From: Candidatus Woesearchaeota archaeon | GTDB lineage: Archaea > Nanobdellota > Nanobdellia > SCGC-AAA011-G17 > GW2011-AR20 | Assembly: GCA_016181245.1 (NCBI GenBank) | Contig: JACOZR010000022.1 | Coordinates: forward strand, 1 to 44,872 | DNA: 44,872 nucleotides | Reading direction: 5' to 3' | Shown: one piece after another, positions 9,881 through 21,723 of the stretch | Position numbering within the stretch: position 1 is the first letter of the stretch | Layout: every line of letters starts with the position of its first letter | Notes under the pieces: model-generated | What the model saw: the letters and a program-made list of their open reading frames with translations, nothing else | What the model was told of the DNA's origin: nothing | The model's database searches: none | Translations under genes and position numbers: made by a program

Positions 9881-11392
9881 TTAATTCAATTCTCTTTGCC
9901 AAGTATCATAAAGGCTTATTTCTTTTTTTGTTAATAACCCTACAGGCGGGATACTTACTGTTGTTGGTCTTCTTGCTTTTCCAGTCCTGTAGTCATCTGC
10001 TAATAATCTTTTTTCTAATTGGTTTATTGCTGGATGTTGACTAAGATTTAATGCGGGTAATTTTTCTTCACTTCCGTATAAGAGAGGTGCATCGCTTAAA
10101 TAACTATAAACTAGTAAAGGAAGCTTGAAATTTTGGTTATCAAATAAGATGTATACTACTTCAGTTCCTCTAACGTGAGTTATGCCTATTGTTTCAAAAG
10201 GAGTTGACTTGAAAACAGTTGCAAATCCCTGATATGTGTAACCTTTTTTTGCTAAATCAAAATGGGCTTTTTGAATAATCTTTCTTACTTGGGTATCATT
10301 CATTCCTCTTAAATTTTTTACAACTTCTCTTGTGATATTACCTGTTTTTAGTAGGTTCATGAACTGGGTTGAAGTAACTTCTTTTTCACGGTCTAATAAG
10401 TATGCATCTGTTTCTGCATAATCTAAGCCAAGACCATAACGAGCTACTATTGCATTAAATACTAAATCATTACTAAGATTATCAGTAAACCTAAAAGGCA
10501 TTAGTACCTCTGCCTCTAAATCATCCTCTAGAAACTTTATTTCTCTAACTCCTTGTTTTGCATGTTCTAAAGCTATCTTTGTTAACGCAACTGCTCCATG
10601 ATAGGGTATTAATACTGTTTGTCTTGATCTTGTTGAGTCCAAGCCCATTTTTTCTAGATCTCTGAGAATTTTTTCATCAACATTGCACCATAGCCAACCT
10701 TTTCTTTTGTGATGTCTATGAAATTGAACGCCTGAATCTACATCAAATTCTTGCAAGATATATGGAGATTTTGATCTACTCAAAAAAGGATTGCTTACTT
10801 CTACATCCCAATAGCTCATTGCTTCTGGAAGATTTCCATGCTCTTTGCTTTTTACTCTTAAAATTACCCCTCCTTGGTGTGAGAACTTTCCAAGCTGAAC
10901 TACATTTTCATCAATTACTTTTTGAGTCATTAAAGGATTGGCTGATGTTAAATTTTTTGTACTAATATGCCTATGAGAAGGAACTCTTAAGCCTTCTACT
11001 TCTTTATACATTACCCTTCCTTCTGTGTCTTTTAATAACTTAACTTCTGAGTGTTGTATATCGTGTTCTAACCCTGCAAAATCAATTCTTGTTAAGTCTT
11101 CTTGGCTATCTGCATACATTCTCCCATTTTTTCTAGTTGATTCAATCCATTTAGCGATGTGGGGATGTTTTTCAGCTTCTCCCGAGGTCTTATCAACTTT
11201 TTTTGCTAGTTCATCAAATTGAGTTCTTCTTTGTTCTCTGTCCATTAAAGCAAAATGAGCTTCAGCAAAAGCACTTGGTGAAAATAAAATATCTCTGGAA
11301 CCTTGTCTCCACATATAACCATGATTAAGGGGATGAATTCCTTGTCCTTGAACTTGGTCTTCTTCTACTTGATTTTGGAGATTTTTTTGCAT
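9881..11392 (-). CDS. Hypothetical protein, 503 aa
   Basis: Long ORF with no motif recognised. Confidence 0.7.
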   Translation of the reverse strand: MQKNLQNQVEEDQVQGQGIHPLNHGYMWRQGSRDILFSPSAFAEAHFALMDREQRRTQFDELAKKVDKTSGEAEKHPHIAKWIESTRKNGRMYADSQEDLTRIDFAGLEHDIQHSEVKLLKDTEGRVMYKEVEGLRVPSHRHISTKNLTSANPLMTQKVIDENVVQLGKFSHQGGVILRVKSKEHGNLPEAMSYWDVEVSNPFLSRSKSPYILQEFDVDSGVQFHRHHKRKGWLWCNVDEKILRDLEKMGLDSTRSRQTVLIPYHGAVALTKIALEHAKQGVREIKFLEDDLEAEVLMPFRFTDNLSNDLVFNAIVARYGLGLDYAETDAYLLDREKEVTSTQFMNLLKTGNITREVVKNLRGMNDTQVRKIIQKAHFDLAKKGYTYQGFATVFKSTPFETIGITHVRGTEVVYILFDNQNFKLPLLVYSYLSDAPLLYGSEEKLPALNLSQHPAINQLEKRLLADDYRTGKARRPTTVSIPPVGLLTKKEISLYDTWQRELN

Positions 11393-11430
11393 GTTATTTT
11401 TAAAATAAACAATCTTAAAAGCTTTTTTAA

Positions 11431-13284
11431 TTAGATTTGCATAATGGGCGCTTTAAATTTCATTGTGTTGACTTTTCCTTCTCTGATTTTTTTGGTTCTT
11501 AATAATTGCATAATTTCTCTTCTACTAGTTTTTGAGTCTCCCACAGAAACCAACATTTTTCCTATTTCTATGACGCTTCTTTTTGGATCCCATGTACCGA
11601 TTGGTTCTAGTGTTGTATCTTGAGATTCTATCAATCTTTTAACTTTTTCTAAATCTGTTGCTCTTTTTTCATAAGCTAGACGAGCTGCTTCATTTTCTGC
11701 AACTATTTCTTTTTGAGTTTTTCCATATACTAATACTTGAACATCATTTATTAACCCTTTTGGTATTTGTTCTAGAGATCTTTGTGCCAGTCTATTATTT
11801 TCAGCAATTTCTGATTCTAACTTTCTTTGATGAATTATTTCTTCTATGTAATCTCTTACTTGTTTTTCTGGAAGAATGATTACACCTCTATTTGGTTTAG
11901 AGCTTAAAAATTCTGCAAGTTCAGGTTGTACATTATAACAAGCAAGAGTGCCATGAACTATTTCATCTAATTGTTGATAACCTGAATTATTTTTTCTTCT
12001 CCAGTTAGACATTGCTATGTTACCTGATATTGTTGCTGCATATGCATCTAATTGCTGGCGAGCTTTTTTAGCAGTTTCATACTTTTCTGAATCTACTGCA
12101 TGTGGCTTAACTTCTATAACCATGAATTTTCCGTCTTTGGTTTTGTATACTAAGTCGCATCTCATCCATGGAATTTCTCTTTCACCCATTCGTGCCTTAG
12201 CAAATTCAGCAACTTCCGTGTATTGAGAATTTAGTCCTTTTTTCAATGCTGCTAGCAACTCCCTGTTTCTTTCTTGTAACTCTTGAGGCATTTCAATATC
12301 TTCCTGGAAATCTGCTGCTAAAAGTTCTGAATCGCCTATAAGTTCTTTGTAATTTTTTGGATCTGTTAGATAAGTAACTAGATATAGGTGCCTTAAACTT
12401 GCTGCATTGAGAAACTTTTTCCTTTTTTCTTGGTTGAGAGGGATTTCTTCAAGCCTTTCTTCTACTACTTCTTCTAGAATGTAGGGATGAGGGTTAGGGC
12501 TTCCCTTTGCTTGCCCATTTCCATCTTTTTTCCCTGCCCATAATTTGTTTACAATTCCTCTTACAGAATCTTCTGTTCTTTCCTCTAAACCTTGCTCTCT
12601 TAGTATTTCATTTAATCTTTTTCTTATAATCTCATATGATCCTTTTCTCATACGCCCTTTTTCGGTTAATCCTGTTTCTTCGACATAGTTAATTATTTCA
12701 TTGACGATTACATCTTCTTCTAAACGGCCATCTGGAATTTTCCTCAATCTTACGATATTTCCTTGATTGTTCTCGATGTGCTGCAATCCAATTTCAGAAA
12801 ATCTTGGGTCTAATGCAATAATTTCTTCATACAATTTTCTTCTTCCTTCATATGTGTAACCGTAGGTGCCATAAAAAGATGAATCTACTTGTTGGATTAT
12901 TGGACTAGATAATAATTGTCTTTTCCCTTCTTGTCTTAATTTTGAATCTTCTTCTAATACTTTTTCTCCTATCTTTCTTAGTATTTGAATATATTCTGAA
13001 CTTCCTTTTTCTGGAACTTTTAATAATAACTCATCTACTCCTTTAAACTGAGTTGGTGAATATCCTAGGAAGCTTATTATTTTTAGAAAGTCTTGTTTTT
13101 TAGGATTTCTTTGCGAACAAATGTAGCCCATTACTTTTGATGGGGATACTTCTAATAACCTACTAAATCCATCTATACTTGTTTCATACGCAGCTCTTTC
13201 TCTATCTAAGAATTCTGAAAAAGAAATCTTCTTTTCCTTTTCAGTTTCTTCATCTACATCTATAAAGTATAATTTTTGCGTCAT
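11431..13284 (-). CDS. Putative HTH plus PD-(D/E)XK nuclease-domain protein
   Basis: N-terminal Xre-like SIDGFSRLLEVSPSKVMGY; RCDLVYK...FMVIEVK...ARQQLDAY nuclease signature. Confidence 0.65.
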   Translation of the reverse strand: MTQKLYFIDVDEETEKEKKISFSEFLDRERAAYETSIDGFSRLLEVSPSKVMGYICSQRNPKKQDFLKIISFLGYSPTQFKGVDELLLKVPEKGSSEYIQILRKIGEKVLEEDSKLRQEGKRQLLSSPIIQQVDSSFYGTYGYTYEGRRKLYEEIIALDPRFSEIGLQHIENNQGNIVRLRKIPDGRLEEDVIVNEIINYVEETGLTEKGRMRKGSYEIIRKRLNEILREQGLEERTEDSVRGIVNKLWAGKKDGNGQAKGSPNPHPYILEEVVEERLEEIPLNQEKRKKFLNAASLRHLYLVTYLTDPKNYKELIGDSELLAADFQEDIEMPQELQERNRELLAALKKGLNSQYTEVAEFAKARMGEREIPWMRCDLVYKTKDGKFMVIEVKPHAVDSEKYETAKKARQQLDAYAATISGNIAMSNWRRKNNSGYQQLDEIVHGTLACYNVQPELAEFLSSKPNRGVIILPEKQVRDYIEEIIHQRKLESEIAENNRLAQRSLEQIPKGLINDVQVLVYGKTQKEIVAENEAARLAYEKRATDLEKVKRLIESQDTTLEPIGTWDPKRSVIEIGKMLVSVGDSKTSRREIMQLLRTKKIREGKVNTMKFKAPIMQI

Positions 13285-13285
13285 T

Positions 13286-13810
13286 TTAATCTCTTAATAA
13301 ACGGGTAACTATTTGTGTTGCTTTGTTTCTTCCAGTTCTAACGTCGCTTGGTGATGATGGCATAGACACAAATTTTTTCGGATCATCTATTCTTGCAATT
13401 CTGTGGTGACCTTTTCCATCTTCTCCGTCTATATACATCAAACCGATTTTGGCTAACACCCTTCTTTGATACGGTGTTGCTCTGCCTTTCCACTCTCTGA
13501 AGGCTTCTTTTAAATCCTTTAAAGCTTGGGGGTCTATATTTTGAGTATATTCTTCTGGTTCTACAGTTTCTTCCCCAATTCCTTCTAGTATTTCATTAAC
13601 TCTTGTTACTAATTCTCCGTTTTGTTGTCTAAGAACGAGATCTCTCATTTCTTGAGCTATTAGTTCTGTTAACTCTCTGTCAGCAACTTCTCCACTCACT
13701 TTTAAACAGGAACCATTATCAGATATAAGTGCCTCTACCCTATCTGGACCTAATTGGATTAAATATCTCTTAGTATCTCCTACTTTTCCGCAATAATTAA
13801 CTAGTGTCAT
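13286..13810 (-). CDS. Protein with C-terminal HicA-like domain
   Basis: C-terminal GKGHHRIAR...VSMPSSPSDVRTGRNKATQI resembles the HicA dsRBD-like fold. Confidence 0.55.
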   Translation of the reverse strand: MTLVNYCGKVGDTKRYLIQLGPDRVEALISDNGSCLKVSGEVADRELTELIAQEMRDLVLRQQNGELVTRVNEILEGIGEETVEPEEYTQNIDPQALKDLKEAFREWKGRATPYQRRVLAKIGLMYIDGEDGKGHHRIARIDDPKKFVSMPSSPSDVRTGRNKATQIVTRLLRD

Positions 13811-13929
13811 TTTAACCTATTTTTGTTATTATTTGGTAGTAAATATGCTTTATAAATCTTACTATTTTTGACTACTTTTTAGGGGTTATAAAATAAATAC
13901 TTATAAAATAGGAATTTTGAGGTATCTTT

Positions 13930-15846
13930 ATGCCAGTATTTACACAATACAAAGCTACAAAGAAAAGTAGAATTGATGGACTTGTTAATTATGTAAGAAC
14001 AGAACTGGGAGAATATAGATCTGGCTCGTTGGATAATTTATTGACATGCAATGAGTTGGGTGCTGTATTTGGGATATCATCTGGCTATGCTTCTTTACTT
14101 ATCCAAAGAAACTTTTCTTTGGCAGATAAAAACTATAGGATTGGGATAGTAGAACTCCAAAGAGGGAGAAGAGTTTCGGCTTCAAAAACTGGAATTAAGA
14201 AGTCTAGGCAGTCTGTAGAAAGAACCTCTAAAACTAAATTAAAAAATTTACTTATTAAACTGGATGGATTAAAACCTTATATTCTTGATGAGTTACGGGC
14301 GTATAAGGGAGGGCGTATTCAATTTTTGTCTTCAAACGATGAGCTTGCTTCACTTTATGGGGTTACTCACACAACTATACGTAAAATATCTCGAAGAATT
14401 TTGAATAAAAAAGATTCTTCACTTAGAGATAAAATATTAAGGGAAAACACTAGGAGAAAAATTTCTATTTCTAGGTCGAGTTATAATGAGGAAGGACGAA
14501 AATTATTGATTTCTGAAGTAAAAAGAGAACTATTCTTATATTCTTCTGGCAAGTCTTTTGCAGTTTCTTCTTCGGAGGAATTAGCTGAAAAATTTGGTAT
14601 CAGTTCTCAAACAGTTTATCTATGGATGAAAGAAGATTTACCTGATTCAGAAATTAGATCTAGAAACCAATATTTAGTTCAATCGCGGAAATTAAGATTA
14701 ACTGAGCAAAGACGAATTATACATGAAGATATAATTGACTTTATAAAAAAAGAGATTGTGGCTCATAGGGAAGGAAAAATTTCTAGAGTGACAGGTACAA
14801 CAAAACTGATGAGTAAATTTGGTATAACTCAAGGTCGTTTATCTTTTATTATTGATGAAAACCTTACAAAAGATGACATAGCATATAGGATTAGTGCCAT
14901 GAATAAACAACGTGCGGATGATTTTACTGCTGCTAGAACAAAAGAAAATTTATTAGACTTTTTAGATTATGTAAGTGATGAAATCCGTAGACATAGGTCT
15001 GGTGATTTGCCTAGACTTACTTTTGCTACTCAATTAGGTGAAGAATTTGATATCTGTGGCACTGCTGCATCTTATAGACTTCGTAAATATCTGGACAGAC
15101 AGGATTTTGATTATTGGTTAAATATTGTTAAGCAGCAAAAACTGAGTGATATGGCTAGTCTTAAAGGAGAAAAACATCCAATGTTTGGCAAGAAACATTC
15201 TCAAGAAACAAGACTTAAAATATCTAATGCTAATTCAAAAAAAGAAGGATTTCCGCAATGTATTGATTTTGTAAAAGCTGAAATAGAATTACATAAATAT
15301 GGGAATATAAGCAAATTTTCTAGTATAGGCTCTTTAGGTGAAAAATTTGGAATTTGTGGCCATACTATTCTGAAGTGGCTCAAGAAGGGATTATCTAAAG
15401 AAGAGCTTGATTATAGAAGAGATGTTACTAGGTCTCAAGTGGGAGTAAGGGGGGCAAATCACTATTTGTTTAATGGTCATATGCGTCTTAAGTATAGCGT
15501 TTTTTTTACAGATGTTATGAGATCTTATATCCGGGCAAGGGATAATTTTGAATGCCAGCTGTGTGGTGCAACTGAAGGAAGAAGAGCCCATCATGTTCAT
15601 CACATAGATTATAATAAGAAAAATGATGGTGAGATGAATTTAATACTATTATGCGGTAGATGCCACCCATCTATCGGTTCTTCTTTAATCTACTTGGGAG
15701 AAGTATGGAATTTCTTGTGTAACAAAAGGATAGAAGACATTTATGAGGATATGTTTGAAGAAAGATTTAGAGATTTGCAGCAATTTAAATTTGATTTGAT
15801 GGTTATAAATGGATTAGAAGGTTTATTGGATCAACATTTTGATTAA
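13930..15846 (+). CDS. HNH endonuclease with NUMOD3-like motif and six tandem HTH-like repeats
   Basis: RDNFECQLCG...HVHHIDYNKKN...NLILLCGRCH; KGEKHPMFGKKHSQETRLKIS; repeated Lxx(K/E)FG(I/V) units. Confidence 0.85.
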   Translation: MPVFTQYKATKKSRIDGLVNYVRTELGEYRSGSLDNLLTCNELGAVFGISSGYASLLIQRNFSLADKNYRIGIVELQRGRRVSASKTGIKKSRQSVERTSKTKLKNLLIKLDGLKPYILDELRAYKGGRIQFLSSNDELASLYGVTHTTIRKISRRILNKKDSSLRDKILRENTRRKISISRSSYNEEGRKLLISEVKRELFLYSSGKSFAVSSSEELAEKFGISSQTVYLWMKEDLPDSEIRSRNQYLVQSRKLRLTEQRRIIHEDIIDFIKKEIVAHREGKISRVTGTTKLMSKFGITQGRLSFIIDENLTKDDIAYRISAMNKQRADDFTAARTKENLLDFLDYVSDEIRRHRSGDLPRLTFATQLGEEFDICGTAASYRLRKYLDRQDFDYWLNIVKQQKLSDMASLKGEKHPMFGKKHSQETRLKISNANSKKEGFPQCIDFVKAEIELHKYGNISKFSSIGSLGEKFGICGHTILKWLKKGLSKEELDYRRDVTRSQVGVRGANHYLFNGHMRLKYSVFFTDVMRSYIRARDNFECQLCGATEGRRAHHVHHIDYNKKNDGEMNLILLCGRCHPSIGSSLIYLGEVWNFLCNKRIEDIYEDMFEERFRDLQQFKFDLMVINGLEGLLDQHFD

Positions 15847-16024
15847 AAACAACCTTATTTTAACCTTCTTTTTAATATTAAAAAATTCACTTAATTTCTT
15901 TATAAATCTTTCTACAATAAAAATTTTTTTTGGTCTCTAGAAGCCTTAAAACCTCTGAATTTGGGCATTTCAGCTTGGGAAAAGTATATAAATTTGGAGC
16001 CTGTTTTTTTATTAAAAAAGGTGA

Positions 16025-18359
<2,335 letters not shown>

Positions 18360-18364
18360 ATAAA

Positions 18365-20773
18365 ATGGCTGAAAAAATTCAACAAAAATTAATTGAAGAA
18401 GAAATGAAGGAGAGTTACATAGATTATGCTATGTCTGTGATAACAGCAAGAGCATTACCTGATGTTAATGATGGTTTAAAGCCAGTCCATAGAAGAATAT
18501 TATATGCAATGCATAAAGCGGGGTTGCAGCATACAAAACCATTTAGAAAATGTGCGAGAGTTGTTGGAGATGTTTTAGGTAGATATCATCCTCATGGAGA
18601 TATTGCTGTTTATGATTCTTTAGTCAGAATGGCTCAGAATTTTTCTTTAAGATATCCTTTAATTCATGGGCAAGGAAATTTTGGTAGTATAGATGGATAT
18701 AGTGCTGCCTCAATGAGATATACCGAATGTAAGTTAACCCCTATAGCAGAGGAAATGCTTGAAGATATAGATAAAGATACTGTTAAGTTTGTACCAAATT
18801 ATGATGAAAGTTACAAAGAACCAATAGTGTTACCAAGCAAGATTCCTAATTTAGTGATTAATGGTACAACAGGAATTGCTGTAGGAATGGTTTCAAGCAT
18901 ACCTCCACACAATTTAAGAGAAGTTGCTGATGCTATTGTTGCTTTAATTGATAATCCAGAACTTAAAACAGATGGATTAATGCAGTATATTAAAGGACCT
19001 GATTTTCCAACCTATGCAAGCATTGTTGGGAGAGAAGGAATTAGAAAAGCCTACAAAACAGGAAGAGGAAAATTAAAAGTAAAAGCTAAATGTGAATTTG
19101 AGAAAGATAAGATAATTATTTCTGAAATTCCTTATCAAGTAAATAAAAAAATATTAATTGAAAGCATTGTGGATTTAGTTAAAGATAAAAGAGTTGAAGG
19201 TATAAGAGACATAAGAGATGAGAGTGATAGAAAAGGTATGAGGATTGTTTTAGAATTAAAAGACAATGCTAATAATGAAGTTGTTTTGAATCAATTGTAT
19301 AAGCATACTCAATTGCAATCTACGTTTAGTGTTATTATGACAGCTTTAGTTGCGGGGCAGCCAAAGACTATGAGCTTGAGGAACATGCTTAATTTCTTTA
19401 TACAGCATAGAAAAAGAACTATTACAAGAAGAGTTCAATTTGATTTGAAGAAAGCAGAAGATAGGGTTCATATTTTAGAAGGATTAAGAATTGCTTTGCA
19501 AAATATTGATGATGTTGTTAAGGACATTAAGGGGAGCAAGGATGTTGAATCTGCTAAGTTGTTATTGATAACTAATTACAAATTAAGTGAAATACAAAGT
19601 CAAGCGATATTAGAGATGAGGTTGCAGAGATTAACTGGTTTAGAACAGAATAAGATTGAAGAAGAATTTAAGGTTTTATTAGTATTTATTGCTGAGATGA
19701 AGGCTATTCTTGCTTCTGAAGAAAGGATTTTAGATATAATCAAGAAAGAAACTTTAGAGTTAAAAGAAAAATATGGGGATGACAGAAGAACAGTTATCAT
19801 AGAAGAAGATGAGAATGAAATTGAAGATGAAGATTTGATTAAGAATGAACAAATAATTATTACTGCTACTAGAGATGGGTATATTAAACAAACTTTATTG
19901 GAAGAATATAAACAGCAGAAAAGAGGCGGAACTGGTATAATTGCTACAGAGAAGAAAGAAGAAGATATTGTTGAGCATTTATTTTCAACCAAGAGTCATA
20001 ATTACTTGTTGTTTTTTACTAATGCAGGAAGAGTTTATTGGTTAAAGGCTTATAAAATTCCTAAGGGAAGCAGATATGCGAAAGGAAAAGCTATTGTAAA
20101 TATATTCAAATTAGCTGAAGGGGAAAAGGTAAATGCTATATTGCCAATTTTGAATCTTGAAAAAGAAAGCTATGTTATGTTTGCTACTAAAAATGGCAAG
20201 TTAAAGAAAACTCCTTTGAAATCATTTTCCAAACCTAGAAAAGCAGGGATTAAAGCCATTAAATTAGAGGATAAAGATGAGGTAGTTTCTGTTAAGTTAA
20301 CTCCTGGAAATTTGGAGATTATTGTTGGAAGCAAGAAAGGAAATGCTGTCAAGTTTAATGAAAAAGATGTAAGAGTTATGGGAAGAAATGCTTCTGGTGT
20401 AAGAGGAATTAGACTAAAAGAAAAAGATGCTGTTGTTGGAATGGAAATTGCAAATCCTGAAGGAACTTTATTGACTGTTACTAAAAATGGATATGGAAAA
20501 AGAACATCTTTTGGAGATTATAGATTAACTAGAAGAGGCGGTAAGGGAGTTAGAAACATTAAGATTACTGAGAAGAATGGAGAGGTTGTGGGAATTAAAA
20601 CTGTTAAGGATATAGATGATGTTATGTTTATTACTGAGAAAGGTGTTGTTATTAGAACTCCGTCAAATGGGATTAGTGTTATTGGAAGAAATACGCAAGG
20701 TGTTAGAATAATGAAGTTAAAAGAAATGGATAAAGTTAAATCTTTGACAAGGATTATTTCTAAGATTGATTAA
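18365..20773 (+). CDS. gyrA: DNA gyrase subunit A
   Basis: RALPD..DGLKPVHRR, YHPHGD, MRYTE active site, GyrA-box QKRGGTG and pinwheel repeats. Confidence 0.98.
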   Translation: MAEKIQQKLIEEEMKESYIDYAMSVITARALPDVNDGLKPVHRRILYAMHKAGLQHTKPFRKCARVVGDVLGRYHPHGDIAVYDSLVRMAQNFSLRYPLIHGQGNFGSIDGYSAASMRYTECKLTPIAEEMLEDIDKDTVKFVPNYDESYKEPIVLPSKIPNLVINGTTGIAVGMVSSIPPHNLREVADAIVALIDNPELKTDGLMQYIKGPDFPTYASIVGREGIRKAYKTGRGKLKVKAKCEFEKDKIIISEIPYQVNKKILIESIVDLVKDKRVEGIRDIRDESDRKGMRIVLELKDNANNEVVLNQLYKHTQLQSTFSVIMTALVAGQPKTMSLRNMLNFFIQHRKRTITRRVQFDLKKAEDRVHILEGLRIALQNIDDVVKDIKGSKDVESAKLLLITNYKLSEIQSQAILEMRLQRLTGLEQNKIEEEFKVLLVFIAEMKAILASEERILDIIKKETLELKEKYGDDRRTVIIEEDENEIEDEDLIKNEQIIITATRDGYIKQTLLEEYKQQKRGGTGIIATEKKEEDIVEHLFSTKSHNYLLFFTNAGRVYWLKAYKIPKGSRYAKGKAIVNIFKLAEGEKVNAILPILNLEKESYVMFATKNGKLKKTPLKSFSKPRKAGIKAIKLEDKDEVVSVKLTPGNLEIIVGSKKGNAVKFNEKDVRVMGRNASGVRGIRLKEKDAVVGMEIANPEGTLLTVTKNGYGKRTSFGDYRLTRRGGKGVRNIKITEKNGEVVGIKTVKDIDDVMFITEKGVVIRTPSNGISVIGRNTQGVRIMKLKEMDKVKSLTRIISKID

Positions 20774-20774
20774 A

Positions 20775-21134
20775 ATGAATTTTCTTTTTGTTTCTCATTA
20801 CTCTGATTTTTATAGAAAGATTTTGCCGCAGTTTTTAGAAAAAGGAGTTAATTTGGGCTTTTCTGGTTCTATTGAAAAAACTACCCAGTTATTAAGAACA
20901 AGAAAGGATTATGGCTGTATTATTTTACATTATAACCCTGAAGATCATCCTGAAATGTATGGAATATCTTTGCTTGAACATTTAATCTTAACAGGACAGA
21001 CTTTTCATAGAGATTATACTAGAATAATTTCTGTAATATCTATAGATGAAACTAATTTCTTTGAAAGAGCTTTTGAGTTATATGTACAGACTATTGTCCT
21101 AAGACTGATCCAAGAACAGGAAGTCCAAACATAA
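20775..21134 (+). CDS. Hypothetical, possibly a degenerate receiver-like protein
   Basis: ATG 1 nt after the gyrA stop; alternating beta/alpha pattern with GISLLEHL. Confidence 0.5.
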   Translation: MNFLFVSHYSDFYRKILPQFLEKGVNLGFSGSIEKTTQLLRTRKDYGCIILHYNPEDHPEMYGISLLEHLILTGQTFHRDYTRIISVISIDETNFFERAFELYVQTIVLRLIQEQEVQT

Positions 21135-21723
21135 ACAATACTGCTATTCCTAAAACTATGAAATAAATTGTTTTATTCCATAAGAATACTTTTTTACCGT
21201 CTAATGGGCCAAAAGGAAGCATATTGAATATTGCTAGCCATGTATTTACAGAAATACCATATTGAGCAATTGTTATAATTAAACTATTTGAGCTCACTAG
21301 CCATAAGATAAAGAAGAGTATTGCTAAAACCAAATTTGTAATTGGTCCTGCTACTGAGATTCTTCCATTTCTTGGGATACCTACAAATCCTGAAATAAAA
21401 ACTGCACCTGGAGCAGCAAATATCCAGCCAGTAAATGATAATGCAATTGCTACTAAAAGCATTAAATCCCAGGACCTGAATTCTGCCCAGCAGCCATATT
21501 TCTGCGCTACTATTTTGTGAGCAAGTTCATGTAATAAAAATCCAAACCCTACTGCTATTGCTGACACTACCAAATTTTCAATAAACTTTTGAAAAGGAGC
21601 GTTGAATACACTATCATAACTATCGATACTAAAAGCAATTGCAAAAGCTATTGATATTGCTATCCATGCTTTTATCAAATCTCTTATTTCCTCTTTTGAT
21701 GTTTTAATTTTTATTTTTTTCAT
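21091..21723 (-). CDS. Site-2 protease (M50) membrane metalloprotease
   Basis: HELAH, AGPITN and FNMLPFGPLDG motifs; several hydrophobic helices. Confidence 0.93.
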   Translation of the reverse strand: MKKIKIKTSKEEIRDLIKAWIAISIAFAIAFSIDSYDSVFNAPFQKFIENLVVSAIAVGFGFLLHELAHKIVAQKYGCWAEFRSWDLMLLVAIALSFTGWIFAAPGAVFISGFVGIPRNGRISVAGPITNLVLAILFFILWLVSSNSLIITIAQYGISVNTWLAIFNMLPFGPLDGKKVFLWNKTIYFIVLGIAVLFMFGLPVLGSVLGQ

